The notes under the pieces: generated by a model | Told to the model about the DNA's origin: nothing | Databases searched by the model: none | The model's input: only the letters and a program-made list of their open reading frames with translations | Program-made: the position numbers and the translations under genes | In this document: positions 1-10,500 of the stretch, in pieces | How positions within the stretch are numbered: the first letter of the stretch is position 1 | How the letters are laid out: every line of letters begins with the position of its first letter | DNA from: an uncultured delta proteobacterium | GTDB taxonomy: Bacteria; Desulfobacterota; Syntrophia; Syntrophales; UBA5619 | Direction: 5' to 3' | DNA: 64,000 bases | Assembly: GCA_963817385.1 (NCBI GenBank) | Contig: CAWFOM010000002.1 | Span: forward strand, 1 to 64,000

Positions 1-83
1 GAATCATGGATAAAAGAAAGTAAAAATGGACCGGCAAGGCGCTTCCCGATCTGGTGCCGGAAACGTAGACAAGGAGGGGAGAG

Positions 84-323
84 ATGTCCCCAGCAATCTT
101 CAGATCAGGGCCATACAGGTTCTACTTCGTGAGTCACGACCTGCACGAACCGCCACATGTCCATATCGATCGGGATGCATTCTCAGCAAAGTTCTGGCTT
201 AAACCGGTTACGTTGGCATATAATCTTGGGTTTCCGGCGAGGGAATTGAGGACATTGGAAGCACTCACATCGGAACACCAAAAAGAACTATTGGAGGCAT
301 GGAATGAGTACTTCGGAACCTAA
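84..323 (+). CDS. DUF4160-family protein (putative toxin of DUF4160/DUF2442 pair)
   Basis: 79 aa, RFYFVSHDLHEPPHVHI...AKFWL motif, ends LLEAWNEYFG; GGAGG RBS; overlaps DUF2442 gene. Confidence 0.8.
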   Translation: MSPAIFRSGPYRFYFVSHDLHEPPHVHIDRDAFSAKFWLKPVTLAYNLGFPARELRTLEALTSEHQKELLEAWNEYFGT

Positions 324-576
324 ATCCGGCGAACGTGTCAGGGACGTGCGAGTCACTGACGACGCCATCAGTGTCGATCTTTTCGACGGACGAACCATAA
401 CGGTTCCCTTGGCGTGGTACCCTCGGTTGCTACATGCTACGCCGGAGGAGCGGGCGAACTGGCGCATTGCTGGAGCCGGGTACGGAATACACTGGCCGGA
501 CCTTGATGAGGATCTCACCGCCCAGGGTCTCTTGCAGGGTGCTCCTGCTCCTCGTGGAAGGGCAAAAGCGGCATAG
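304..576 (+). CDS. DUF2442-family protein (putative antitoxin)
   Basis: DGRTITVPLAWYPRL...GIHWPDLDEDL signature. Confidence 0.8.
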   Translation: MSTSEPKSGERVRDVRVTDDAISVDLFDGRTITVPLAWYPRLLHATPEERANWRIAGAGYGIHWPDLDEDLTAQGLLQGAPAPRGRAKAA

Positions 577-611
577 AGAAGAGGCAACCGCCACTGGTGA
601 ATCATTACGCG

Positions 612-776
612 ATGCGCTACGAAATCCGGGATATGAACTACCCCGGCTCCGGCCTTCATCTGCTGCTTCCCAAAACAAAAGGACGTTGGTCGATAAAGGT
701 CTCCGGCAACTGGCGTTTGACGTTTGAATTTAAGGATGGAGACGCACTTAACGTACACGTCGAAGACTATCATTGA
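612..776 (+). pseudogene. higB: N-terminally truncated HigB/plasmid-maintenance killer toxin
   Basis: 54-aa ORF absent from the track: MRYEIRDMNYPGSGLHLLLPKTKGRWSIKVSGNWRLTFEFKDGDALNVHVEDYH, matching the C-terminal half of HigB; directly upstream of higA. Confidence 0.75.
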
Positions 777-787
777 AAAGGATTATT

Positions 788-1099
788 ATGATAACACGAA
801 CAAGACCGCCATCTCATCCGGGATCGATTCTCAAGCTTCATTACTTGGATCCGTCAGGAATCAGCGTTACAGATCTTGCGAAGAATCTGAGATTGTCGAG
901 AAAAACAGTATCCAAAATACTGAACGAACGCGGCGCTGTGACAACAGATGTTGCCTTGCGGTTGTCCAGAGCGTTTGATACGACTCCTGAGTTATGGTTG
1001 AACCTTCAGAGAAGCTACGATCTCTGGCATACGGCGAATGAGACGACTGATTGGCAGGCAATAAGTCCTATACTGAAAATCGCACATGTAAACGCATAG
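788..1099 (+). CDS. higA: HigA-family addiction module antitoxin (Xre HTH)
   Basis: PPSHPGSIL...ALRLSRAFDTTPELWLNLQ signature. Confidence 0.88.
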   Translation: MITRTRPPSHPGSILKLHYLDPSGISVTDLAKNLRLSRKTVSKILNERGAVTTDVALRLSRAFDTTPELWLNLQRSYDLWHTANETTDWQAISPILKIAHVNA

Positions 1100-1231
1100 A
1101 GGTGTTTGTGTCTTCCTGAAAGCAGTAAAATGTCTCCCTTGAAGAAAATGCTTGATTTCAAACAGTTATGTATGATTAATGTAGTTTCGTCAATAATTAT
1201 GATAAAAATGTAAATGTATAAAAAGGGTGTT

Positions 1232-1963
1232 ATGCGTAAAATAATCATTCCCATCTTCCTTGTTTTAGCCTTTCTTTGTTCCTGCTCGGGAAAGAGCGAA
1301 ACAGCAGTGGATTGGTTTAATAAGGCAGAGGCATTAAGGGATGGAGAAAAATATACCGACCCGGAAAAAGCTATCGTATATTTGAACAATGCTATTAAAC
1401 TGAAACCGGATTTAGAGGTCGCCTATGGTAACCGGGGGGTTGCTTACGTTAACCTTGGCCAGAAGCAGCGATCCATTGAAGATTTTAATAAAGCCATCCG
1501 CCTGCAACCGGTTTATGCCGATGCCTACTACAACCGAGGGACTGTTTACAATGACCTCGGCCAGTATCAGCGAGCCATTGAAGATTTTAATGAAGTCATC
1601 CGCCTGAAACCGGATTATGCCAATGCCTACTACAATCGGGGGCTTGCTTACGACAATCTTGGCCAGAAACAGCGAACCATCGAAGACTATAACGAAGCCA
1701 TCCGCCTGCAACCGAACCATGTCATGGCCTACAGTAACCGGGGGCTTGTTTACAATGATCTTGGCCAATATCAGCGAGCCATTGAAGACTATAGCGAAGC
1801 TATCCGCCTGAAACCGGATTACGCCGATGCCTACAACAACCGGGCGGTTACTTATATAAGTCAGGGCAACAACGAGTTTGGCTGCCGTGATGCGCAAAAA
1901 GCGTGTGAACTGAGAAACTGCCTATTATCAGAATTTCTTAAAAGACGGGGAGTCTGCCGTTGA
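1232..1963 (+). CDS. Tetratricopeptide-repeat lipoprotein
   Basis: Signal peptide with lipobox-like LCSC; repeated AYYNRG...AIEDFNEAIRLKP TPR units. Confidence 0.85.
   Translation: MRKIIIPIFLVLAFLCSCSGKSETAVDWFNKAEALRDGEKYTDPEKAIVYLNNAIKLKPDLEVAYGNRGVAYVNLGQKQRSIEDFNKAIRLQPVYADAYYNRGTVYNDLGQYQRAIEDFNEVIRLKPDYANAYYNRGLAYDNLGQKQRTIEDYNEAIRLQPNHVMAYSNRGLVYNDLGQYQRAIEDYSEAIRLKPDYADAYNNRAVTYISQGNNEFGCRDAQKACELRNCLLSEFLKRRGVCR
1430..1837 (+). repeat. Four tandem 102-bp TPR-coding units
   Basis: AA(C/T)CG starts at 1430, 1532, 1634, 1736, 1838; units alternate GQKQR..RLQP and GQYQR..RLKP. Confidence 0.85.
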
Positions 1964-1979
1964 TTTAGGAGATAATGCT

Positions 1980-2306
1980 ATGTTTAAAAAAATCATTATT
2001 ATGGTGACAGTTATTTTTCTTTTTATTGTTATTGGCAATAATTGCGTGTTGGCTCAGGACACAAGAAGTACAATATCAGGCTACTTAGCTTCGCCAGATG
2101 AAAAGCTTTTAGATAAAGCAATTCAATATGTTGCTGCAAAAGACCATGTAGCATTACAAAAAATTATGGATACCAAGCTTGTTTTTATGCTCAAGGGAGG
2201 ATTAAAAGTATATATTGTCGATACAAAAATATTCAGCGGCAAAGTAAAAATACGTCCAGTTGGTGAAACCATCGAACTCTGGACAGCGATTGAAGCTGTA
2301 AGGTAA
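1980..2306 (+). CDS. Hypothetical exported protein
   Basis: AGGAGA RBS, signal peptide, AT-rich. Confidence 0.65.
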   Translation: MFKKIIIMVTVIFLFIVIGNNCVLAQDTRSTISGYLASPDEKLLDKAIQYVAAKDHVALQKIMDTKLVFMLKGGLKVYIVDTKIFSGKVKIRPVGETIELWTAIEAVR

Positions 2307-2346
2307 TGAATGATGGTCGTTTGCTAACAAATAAGGAGTAGATACA

Positions 2347-2820
2347 ATGGATTCGAAAGAAACAAAAAATTTCCGTATTCATCATTGCAGACGTGATCTA
2401 AACGATGCTGCAGTAATTATAATAAAAAATTTGAATAGCAGCCGTTTTGATGATTTGCGGAACGCAATTACAGATTCAGAAAATATGTTTGCGAGATCCG
2501 CTCATAATTACCCTCCGCTGCCTGATTTCAATATGCCTCAAAATTATTTCGATGGTAACTGGGATAGATTTAAATCAGTAGAATCCGATGAAAATGCGGC
2601 TTTAGGTAAAGTTAGAAAAAGCATTGAAAAGGCAATTCTGGATCTGATAAATTTTTATCAGATCCAGAATTTTCGAAACAAAGATATTCTTTGCAAAAAA
2701 TTCTTGCTTTTATTAATCCTTTATAGGTTTAAAAGCCGAACAACGGCATTAAGGGCGACGGCAAAAAGCCGCCGTTATGCCGGATGTTACTCTCTTACAA
2801 CCCGTAATCCTCAGTTCTGA
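2347..2820 (+). CDS. Hypothetical AT-rich protein; 3' end runs into attC-like site
   Basis: AAGGAG RBS; no recognisable family. Confidence 0.45.
   Translation: MDSKETKNFRIHHCRRDLNDAAVIIIKNLNSSRFDDLRNAITDSENMFARSAHNYPPLPDFNMPQNYFDGNWDRFKSVESDENAALGKVRKSIEKAILDLINFYQIQNFRNKDILCKKFLLLLILYRFKSRTTALRATAKSRRYAGCYSLTTRNPQF
2735..2792 (+). mobile_element. attC-like integron cassette recombination site (degenerate)
   Basis: GCCGAAC-AACGGCATTAAG...GGCAAAAAGCC...TTATGCCGGAT-GTTACTC: AAC/GTT core ends, imperfect palindrome with one unpaired base. Confidence 0.55.
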
Positions 2821-2963
2821 TATTCGTCAACTGCCGTATAGGTAGGTGAAGTCATTAAATGTATTAAGAATATTGTCGAATCAAAGTACGTATCAACCGG
2901 ATGAACATAAATAAAGGGGTATTATCGATTGCGGGGATGGGAATGATATCAGGAGGTGTTCGG

Positions 2964-4430
2964 ATGAAGATAAAAACTGCCCAGGATTACCTGAAGAGTC
3001 TGCGGAAGCTGAACCATAAGGTCTATTACAAGGGAAAGAGGATAAAGGATGTGACCCGCCATCCGGCGACGGCCCCGCATGTCCGGGCGGCGGCCGTGAC
3101 CTACGCCCTGGCGAACGACCCGGAATATAAGGAGCTGGCCACGGCCACCTCCCATCTGACCGGCAAGACCATCAGCCGTTTTACCCATGTCCACCAGAAC
3201 GTGGAGGATCTGATCAAAAAAGTCAAGCTGCTGCGCGTCCTGGGTCAGAAGACCGGCTCCTGCTTCCAGCGCTGCGTGGGGCTGGACGGCATCAACGCCG
3301 TCTATTCGGTGACGTATGAAATCGACCGGAAATGCGGCACTAACTATTTCGAGCGATTCAAGAAGTGGCTGGCCTATATCCAGGAGGAGAATCTGATGGT
3401 GGTCGGGGCGATGACCGATCCCAAGGGGGACCGCTCCAAAGGACCGGCCGAGCAGGCCGATCCGGACCAGTATCTCCACATCGTCGAACGCCGGGACGAC
3501 GGCCTGGTCATCCGCGGGGCCAAGCTGCACATGACCGGAGGGGTCAATTCCCATGAGATCCTGATCATGCCGACCACGGCCATGGATGAGAAATCCAAAG
3601 ACTACGCCGTGGTCTGCGCGATACCGGCCGACGCCCCCGGGGTGACCATGATCTTCGGCCGTCAGGCCAACGACGACCGCAAGGATAACCGGGAACGGAT
3701 CGATTCCGGGAACCCCCTTTTCGGCGGCGTCGGCGGCGAGGCGGTCATCGCCTTCGAAGATGTCTTTGTCCCCTGGGAACGGGTATTCATGAATGGGGAG
3801 ACGGAATTTACCAACGCCCTGGTCTATCGTTTCGCCGCCCACCACCGGGCCAATTACGGCGGCTGCAAGACCGGTCTGATCGACGTCCTGACCGGAGCGG
3901 TGACCTATCTGGCCCAGATTCAGGGGACCGCCGGGGCCTCCCATGTGCGGGACAAGGTGACCGAGATGATCCATCTGGGCGAAACCCTTTACAGCTCATC
4001 GATTGCCTGCGCGGCCGAAGGCTGCCCCACCCCTTCCGGGGCCTACATGGTCGATACGATGCTGGCCAACGTCGGCAAGCATAACGCCACCCGTTTTCAT
4101 TTTGAAGTGGCCCGCCTGGCCGCCGATCTGGCCGGCGGATTTCTGGCGACGCTGCCCAGCGAATACGATCTCGACAGTGAAGAGACGAGTCATCTGGTGA
4201 AGAAATACTTCTCCGGCGTGGCCGGCATCGCCACCGAGGATAGGATCAAAATCGGCCGGCTGATCGAAAGCATGACCGGAGGGACTGCCCTGGTGGAGTC
4301 CATGCACGGCGCCGGCTCCCCTCAGGCCCAGCGGGTGATGATTTTCCGGGAGGGAAATCTGGATAAAAAGATCAAACTGGCCAAGGCCCTGGCCGGGATC
4401 GCGCCGGAACAAAAGAAGAAAGGCGCTTAA
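2964..4430 (+). CDS. abfD: 4-hydroxybutyryl-CoA dehydratase / vinylacetyl-CoA isomerase (HpaB-like family)
   Basis: CFQRCVG and HHRANYGGCKTG Fe-S ligand motifs, MTDPKGDRS, ESMHGAGSPQAQ; AGGAGG RBS. Confidence 0.85.
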   Translation: MKIKTAQDYLKSLRKLNHKVYYKGKRIKDVTRHPATAPHVRAAAVTYALANDPEYKELATATSHLTGKTISRFTHVHQNVEDLIKKVKLLRVLGQKTGSCFQRCVGLDGINAVYSVTYEIDRKCGTNYFERFKKWLAYIQEENLMVVGAMTDPKGDRSKGPAEQADPDQYLHIVERRDDGLVIRGAKLHMTGGVNSHEILIMPTTAMDEKSKDYAVVCAIPADAPGVTMIFGRQANDDRKDNRERIDSGNPLFGGVGGEAVIAFEDVFVPWERVFMNGETEFTNALVYRFAAHHRANYGGCKTGLIDVLTGAVTYLAQIQGTAGASHVRDKVTEMIHLGETLYSSSIACAAEGCPTPSGAYMVDTMLANVGKHNATRFHFEVARLAADLAGGFLATLPSEYDLDSEETSHLVKKYFSGVAGIATEDRIKIGRLIESMTGGTALVESMHGAGSPQAQRVMIFREGNLDKKIKLAKALAGIAPEQKKKGA

Positions 4431-4505
4431 GCCCCCTATCATCCGGCCGCTCCGGGCTGGGCGTTGGGAACGTCTCTTCTCCCGGGTTTGCCCCCGCTTT
4501 GGGGG

Positions 4506-4589
4506 AAGCTCATCGCCAGCAGAACGATCTCAAGAGAAATGATAGCCATGCTCTCAACATGGCGGCACTCCGGATTCAGCGTCTTCAGC
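4506..4589 (+). pseudogene. IS91-family (Y2) transposase fragment
   Basis: Translates KLIASRTISREMIAMLSTWRHSGFSVFS; W-R-H-S-G-F-x-V is typical of IS91-like transposases. Confidence 0.5.
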
Positions 4590-4857
4590 CGGCTGGCTAT
4601 CGGCGCTGCGCAATGATTTCTCCCTCCTCTGACCGGGCGGTCGGATCTTAACGTCTATACTCCAAAGATACTCTTTCCCTACCGAGAAACTTACAGTTAA
4701 CTATCGTTGATAATTGTCCTTATGTTACGTATTTTACATGATAGCAATAAAAGCTGTCTGATGTTAGACCGGTTGGCTCCGGCTATCGACGGCCGGTGTG
4801 GGTGCGTCGAGCATGAGCGGGTGATTCGACGATGCTTCCTTCTCGGTTTCTGCGCTG

Positions 4858-6318
4858 ATGGCCTCGGCATTAAGCGGGTGCACCGTCGGACCCGATTACC
4901 GGCGGCCCGAGGCTCCGTCCGTTTCGGTCTATACGGCGGGAGCCCTGCCGGAGGAGACAGCCGCCGCACCCGATGCAGAGGCAGGCGGCGCGGCACAACG
5001 CTTCGTCCTCGGTCAGGACATACCGGACCAGTGGTGGAGCCTGTTTCGTTCGGAGGCGCTGGCGGCATTGATCCGGCAGGCGCTTGCGGACAGCCCGACC
5101 TATGCCGCCGCTCAGGCCGCACTCCGCCAGGCCCAGGAAATCAGGCTCGCCCAAAGGGGGGCGCTCTTCCCCGCCGCGGATGCAACCGTCTCCGCGTCCC
5201 GCACACGGTTGTCCGGCGCGGCAATCGGCCAGACCGGTGGCGACACCTTCACCCTCTTCAACGCCTCGGTGAATGTCTCCTACACACTCGATATTTTCGG
5301 AGGCGTGCGTCGTGAATTGGAAGCGCTCCAGGCACAGGTCGATTATCAGCGCTTTCAGATGGAAGGCGTTTATCTGGCGCTCACATCCAACATTGTCACT
5401 ACTGTTGTAAAGGAGACGGCTCTGCGCGCCCGGCTCCTGGCCACGCGTGATATCCTGGCCCTGCAGGAGAAGCAGCTCGAGGTGATTGAGAACCAGCTCC
5501 GGCTTGGCGGCGTTTCGCGCTCCGACGTACTGGCGCAACGGACGGAGATTGCCCAGACACGGGCCACCCTGCCGCCGCTGGAAAAGGAACTGGCCCAGAC
5601 CCGTCACCTGCTCGCCGTGCTTGCGGGGAGGCATCCCAGCGAAGCGGCGGCGCTGCCCGAGTTTCATTTCGACGGTCTGCAGTTGCCCCGGGAATTGCCG
5701 GTGAGCCTGCCCTCATCGCTGGTAAGGCAGCGTCCCGACATACGTGCTGCGGAAGAACTGCTGCACGCGGCAAGTGCGCAGGTCGGCGTGGCGACGGCAA
5801 ACCTCTATCCGCAGCTCACCCTGACGGGCGGCTATGGATCGGAGACCGACGCGATCGGCAATCTCTTCGGCAGCGGCACCTCCATCTTCAACCTGGGGGC
5901 CGGCTTGCTGCAGCCCCTTTTCCGCGGCGGGGCGCTGAATGCCCGGCGCCGCGCCGCTCTTGCCGCCTACGATCAGGCCGAGGCCCAGTATCGCGCCGCC
6001 GTCCTGCAGGCTTTCCAGAACGTGGCCGATGTGCTGCGGGCCCTGGATGCAGATGCAAGCACCCTCAAGGCGCAGGCAGAGGCGGCAGCGGCGGCGCAGG
6101 ATGCGTTCGACCTTACGCGGAAGCAGTTCCAACTGGGCGCCGTGGGCTATCTTTCCCTGCTCAATGCCGAGCGCCAGTATCGGCAAGTGCGGATCAACCT
6201 GGTGGAGGCGCAAGCAGCCCGTTTCGCCGATACGGCGGCGCTTTTTCAGGCGTTGGGAGGGGGATGGTGGAATCGCGCGCCGCAGACAGCAGAAACCGCA
6301 CCGGCAGGGGCGCCGTAA
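4858..6318 (+). CDS. RND efflux outer-membrane lipoprotein (NodT/OprM family)
   Basis: LSGC lipobox, GPDYRRP, PSSLVRQRPDIRAAE, ALGGGWW; signal peptide is short, so the true start may be upstream across an indel. Confidence 0.9.
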   Translation: MASALSGCTVGPDYRRPEAPSVSVYTAGALPEETAAAPDAEAGGAAQRFVLGQDIPDQWWSLFRSEALAALIRQALADSPTYAAAQAALRQAQEIRLAQRGALFPAADATVSASRTRLSGAAIGQTGGDTFTLFNASVNVSYTLDIFGGVRRELEALQAQVDYQRFQMEGVYLALTSNIVTTVVKETALRARLLATRDILALQEKQLEVIENQLRLGGVSRSDVLAQRTEIAQTRATLPPLEKELAQTRHLLAVLAGRHPSEAAALPEFHFDGLQLPRELPVSLPSSLVRQRPDIRAAEELLHAASAQVGVATANLYPQLTLTGGYGSETDAIGNLFGSGTSIFNLGAGLLQPLFRGGALNARRRAALAAYDQAEAQYRAAVLQAFQNVADVLRALDADASTLKAQAEAAAAAQDAFDLTRKQFQLGAVGYLSLLNAERQYRQVRINLVEAQAARFADTAALFQALGGGWWNRAPQTAETAPAGAP

Positions 6319-6394
6319 ATTTGTTCCCCGGATATCGTCACTCCCGGGGAGAATACCCTATTGGGGACATGTCCCAGGAGAATATTGCAAAACC

Positions 6395-7510
6395 ATGAAG
6401 AAGATCATAGCACTCACCCTTTTAGGCCTGGCGATTCTCGTCGCCGCGCTCGTCGCCGTCAAGGCGCTGCAGTTCAGGGCGATGGACGAACAGGGCAAGA
6501 AAGCCGTTCCTCCGCCGGAGGCGGTGACCACCGCCGTGGCCGGATCGGCATCCTGGGAGACGGCCCTGACGGCGGTCGGTTCCTTGGTTGCGGTCCAGGG
6601 GGTCACCGTGGCCGCCGAGTTGCCGGGAAAGATCGTGGAAATCGCCTTCCAGCCGGGCGGGAACGTGCAGAAGGGAGACCTGCTGATTCGCCAGGACACC
6701 AGCTCGGAAGAGGCCCAGCTTTCCGGCGCCATAGCCCAGGTGACACTGACCCGGACGATTCTTGCCCGCAACGCGAAAATGCTGCCGGATCAGATCATCT
6801 CTCAAGCCGACTACGACACCTCCGCCGCTAACCAGGAGCAGGCAACGGCCCAGACTGTCAACATCCGCACCGTCATCGGCAAGAAGACGATACGCGCCCC
6901 CTTCAGCGGCCGTCTCGGAATCCGGCAGGTAAATCTCGGGCAGATGCTCCGCGAAGGGGATCCGATCGCCACCCTGCAATCCCTCGACCCGATCTTCGTC
7001 AACTTCGCCCTCCCCCAGCAGCACCTGGCCCAACTGCAACCCGGCCTGCCGGTGCGGATAACCTGCGATGCCCTGCCCGGCTTGACGGTCGACGGCCGCA
7101 TCAACGCGGTGAACCCGCTGGTGGACGCCGAGACCCGCAACATCCAGTTGCAGGCGACGCTCGCGAACCGAGCGGAAAAGCTCCTGCCCGGCATGTTCGT
7201 CAACGTGGCGGTGCGCCTCCCCCTCCGCAGGAAGGTGCTTGCCATCCCCGCTACCGCCGTGCTCTACGCCCCGTATGGCGACTCGGTCTTCGTCGTCTCC
7301 GATACCAAGGAGGGGGGCAAGGCGATTCGCCAGCAGTTCGTACGGCTCGGTGAAAAGCGCGGCGACTTCGTGGCGGTCGCCGACGGACTGAAGGAGGGGG
7401 AGAGTATTGTCAGCACCGGTGTTTTTAAGCTGCGAAACGGTCAGGCGGTGGTGGTCGACAACCGGAAGGCCCTGCCGTTTAAGACATCGCCCAAGCCCGA
7501 GAACAACTGA
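6395..7510 (+). CDS. RND efflux membrane-fusion protein
   Basis: N-terminal TM helix, IRAPFSGRLGIRQVNLGQ, LLPGMF. Confidence 0.9.
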   Translation: MKKIIALTLLGLAILVAALVAVKALQFRAMDEQGKKAVPPPEAVTTAVAGSASWETALTAVGSLVAVQGVTVAAELPGKIVEIAFQPGGNVQKGDLLIRQDTSSEEAQLSGAIAQVTLTRTILARNAKMLPDQIISQADYDTSAANQEQATAQTVNIRTVIGKKTIRAPFSGRLGIRQVNLGQMLREGDPIATLQSLDPIFVNFALPQQHLAQLQPGLPVRITCDALPGLTVDGRINAVNPLVDAETRNIQLQATLANRAEKLLPGMFVNVAVRLPLRRKVLAIPATAVLYAPYGDSVFVVSDTKEGGKAIRQQFVRLGEKRGDFVAVADGLKEGESIVSTGVFKLRNGQAVVVDNRKALPFKTSPKPENN

Positions 7511-7513
7511 CCC

Positions 7514-10500
7514 ATGAAATTCACCGACCTGTTCATCCGCCGCCCCGTGCTGGCGATCGTCATCAACCTGCTCATCATCGTCGCCGGCCTGCAGGCGATC
7601 CGGACCCTCAACGTCCGCCAGTATCCGCACAGCGAGAACGCGTCGGTAACCGTGACTACCGTGTACACAGGCGCGAGTGCGAATCTGGTGCGCGGTTTCA
7701 TCACCTCGCCGCTGGAGCGGGTCATCGCCGCCGCCGACGGCATCGAATACCTGGAGTCGCAGAGCACGCTCGGTCTCTCCACCATCACTGCGCGCCTCAG
7801 GCTCAACTACGATTCCACCAAGGCCCTGGCCGAGATCAGCTCCAAGGTCGATCAGGTGCGCAACGACCTCCCCCCGGAGGCGGAGGTGCCGATCATCAAC
7901 ATCGAGTCGGCTGAGAGCCGGTTCGCCTCGGCCTACCTGAGCTTCAGTTCCGACATCCTCCAGCAGAACGAGATCACCGATTTCCTGGTGCGTGTCGTCC
8001 AACCGCGCCTGTCCGCCGTCCCGGGCGTGCAGCGGGCCGACATCCTCGGCGCCCGCACCTTCGCCATGCGCATCTGGCTCAAGCCCGAACGGATGGGCGC
8101 ACTGAACATCAGCCCGGCCCAGGTGCGCCAGGCGCTGACCGCCAACAACTTCCTGGCCGCCCTCGGACGGAGCAAGGGGGAATACATCCAGGTCAACCTC
8201 ACCGCCGACACTAACCTCAACACGGTCGACGAGTTCAGAGAGCTCGTGGTGAGCCAGCGAAACGGGATCATCGTACGGCTGAGCGACATCGCCGATGTGG
8301 TGCTGGGGGCCGAGGACTACGACGCCGAAGTCCATTTTACCGGCAAGACCGCGGTGTTCATGGGAATCTGGCCGCTCCCCAACGCCAATTCCCTCGACGT
8401 CATCAAGCGGGTGCGGGTGGAGATGGATTCGCTCCAGCGCGACCTGCCGGCCGGACTCAAGGGCCTCGTCGCCTACGATGCCACGAACTACATCTCCAAC
8501 GCCATCCGCGAGGTGCTCAAGACCCTCGGCGACACGCTCATGATCGTCATGGTCGTCATTTTCCTCTTCCTCGGCTCCTTTCGCTCCGTGCTGGTGCCGG
8601 TGGTGGCGATCCCCGTGTCGCTGATCGGCGGCGTTTTCCTGATGCAGGCCTTCGGGTTCACCATAAACCTGCTCACCCTTCTGGCCATCGTCCTCTCCGT
8701 CGGTCTGGTGGTCGATGACGCCATCGTGGTGGTCGAGAATGTCGAGCGCCATCTGCGCGAAGGAAAATCTCCGACGGATGCCGCGTTGATCGGAGCCCGT
8801 GAACTGGTCGGGCCGATCATCGCCATGACCGTCACCCTGGCCACGGTCTACCTTCCCATCGGCCTGCAGGGGGGGCTGACCGGTTCGCTCTTCCGCGAGT
8901 TCGCCTTCACCCTGGCCGGAGCCGTCACCATCTCCGGGATCGTGGCCCTGACCCTGTCGCCGGTCATGTCGGCGCGGCTCCTCAAGCCCGGCGGGGAAGG
9001 GCGCGGCCTGGCCGGCCGCATCACCCGCGACTTCGAGCGGTTCAGGAACTTTTACGGCCGGCTTCTCGGCGCCACCCTGGCGGCGCGTCCGGCGGTCTAC
9101 GCCGTCTGGATCGTGGTCTCCCTCGCGGCCCCGGTGATGTTCTTCATGTCCGCCACGGAGCTGGCGCCGACGGAGGACCAGGGAGTCATATTCGGCATCC
9201 TCGACGCCTCCGCCAACTCGACCCTCGACCAGAACAAGCGCTATGCGGCGGAAGTCAACCAGGTTTTCATGAGCGTTCCGGAAACCGAGTTCACCTTCCA
9301 GATTACCTTCCCCAACGCCGGTTTCGGCGGTATGGTCGTGAAACCGTGGGATGACAGGAAGCGCAACACCTTTCAGATTCTGCCCGAGGTCCAGCAGAAG
9401 CTCCACGCGATTCCCGGGATCCGGATCTTCCCGACGCTTCCGCCGGCCCTCCCCGGCGGCGGCGATTTTCCGGTTGAATTCATCCTGGCTTCGACGGCCG
9501 AAACCTCGCAGATCCTGGAATTTGCCAACCAACTGCAGATGAAGGCCATGCAGAGCAAGATGTTCGCCTTTCCGCCCTTGATCGACGTCAAGATCGACCA
9601 GCCCGAGTCCCGATTCCTCGTCGACCGGGATAAGGCGGCTTCACTTGGGCTCAACCTGGGGCAGATCGCCGGCGACCTGGGCGGGATGGTGGGCGGCAAC
9701 TTCGTCAACCGTTTCGACATCGCGGGCCGCAGTTACAAGGTCATTCCGCAGATTCAGCGTGTCGATCGTCTCAATCCCGAACAGCTCAAGGACGTCTACG
9801 TCACCGGCCCGAACGGCAGGCTGGTTCCCCTCGGCACCTTCGCCGCCCTCAGCGAATCGGTCGTTCCCCGCTCCCTGAACCGTTTCCAGCAGCTCAATGC
9901 CGTCAAGATCAGCGGGGTGGCGATGCGGCCGCTGGATGAGGCGCTCCGCTTCCTGGAGGACGAGGCCGCCAAGATCCTGCCCAAAGGATACGTCATCGAC
10001 TACACCGGCGAGTCCCGTCAATTGCGGATCGAGGGGAACAAATTCCTCCCCGCCTTCAACCTGGCCGTTATCCTGATTTTCCTGGTGCTGGCCGCCCAGT
10101 TCAACAGCTTTCGCGATCCCTTTGTCATCCTGACCGGTTCGGTACCGCTCGCTATGTTCGGCGCGCTTCTCTTCACCTTCTTGAAGATACCCGACCCCAA
10201 CGTCCCGTTCTGGACCGGCGGCTGGACGACCACCCTCAACATCTACTCGCAGGTGGGGCTCGTTACCCTGGTCGGGCTGGTGTCCAAGAACGGCATCCTG
10301 ATCGTCGAATTCGCCAACCAGTTGCAGCTCCGGGGAGTGCCCAAACTGGAGGCGGTGCGCCAGGCGGCCTCCATCCGCCTCCGGCCGATCCTCATGGTCA
10401 GCGCCGCCACCATCGCCGGCCATTTCCCGCTAACCCTCGTCACCGGCGCCGGCGCAGCCGCCCGTAATTCCATCGGTCTGGTGCTGGTCGGCGGGATGTT

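Noticed and set aside
1430..1837. CRISPR array or DGR template/variable repeat
   Set aside because: Repeats are in-frame TPR units without spacers; no cas or reverse transcriptase gene is in the window.
2320..2335. Second attC (GCTAAC after the 1980-2306 gene)
   Set aside because: No complementary arm or GTT end follows.
6422..9532. Very long antisense ORFs (also 12318-14036, 18941-20758, 26780-28189)
   Set aside because: Shadow frames of GC-rich genes with clear family motifs on the opposite strand.
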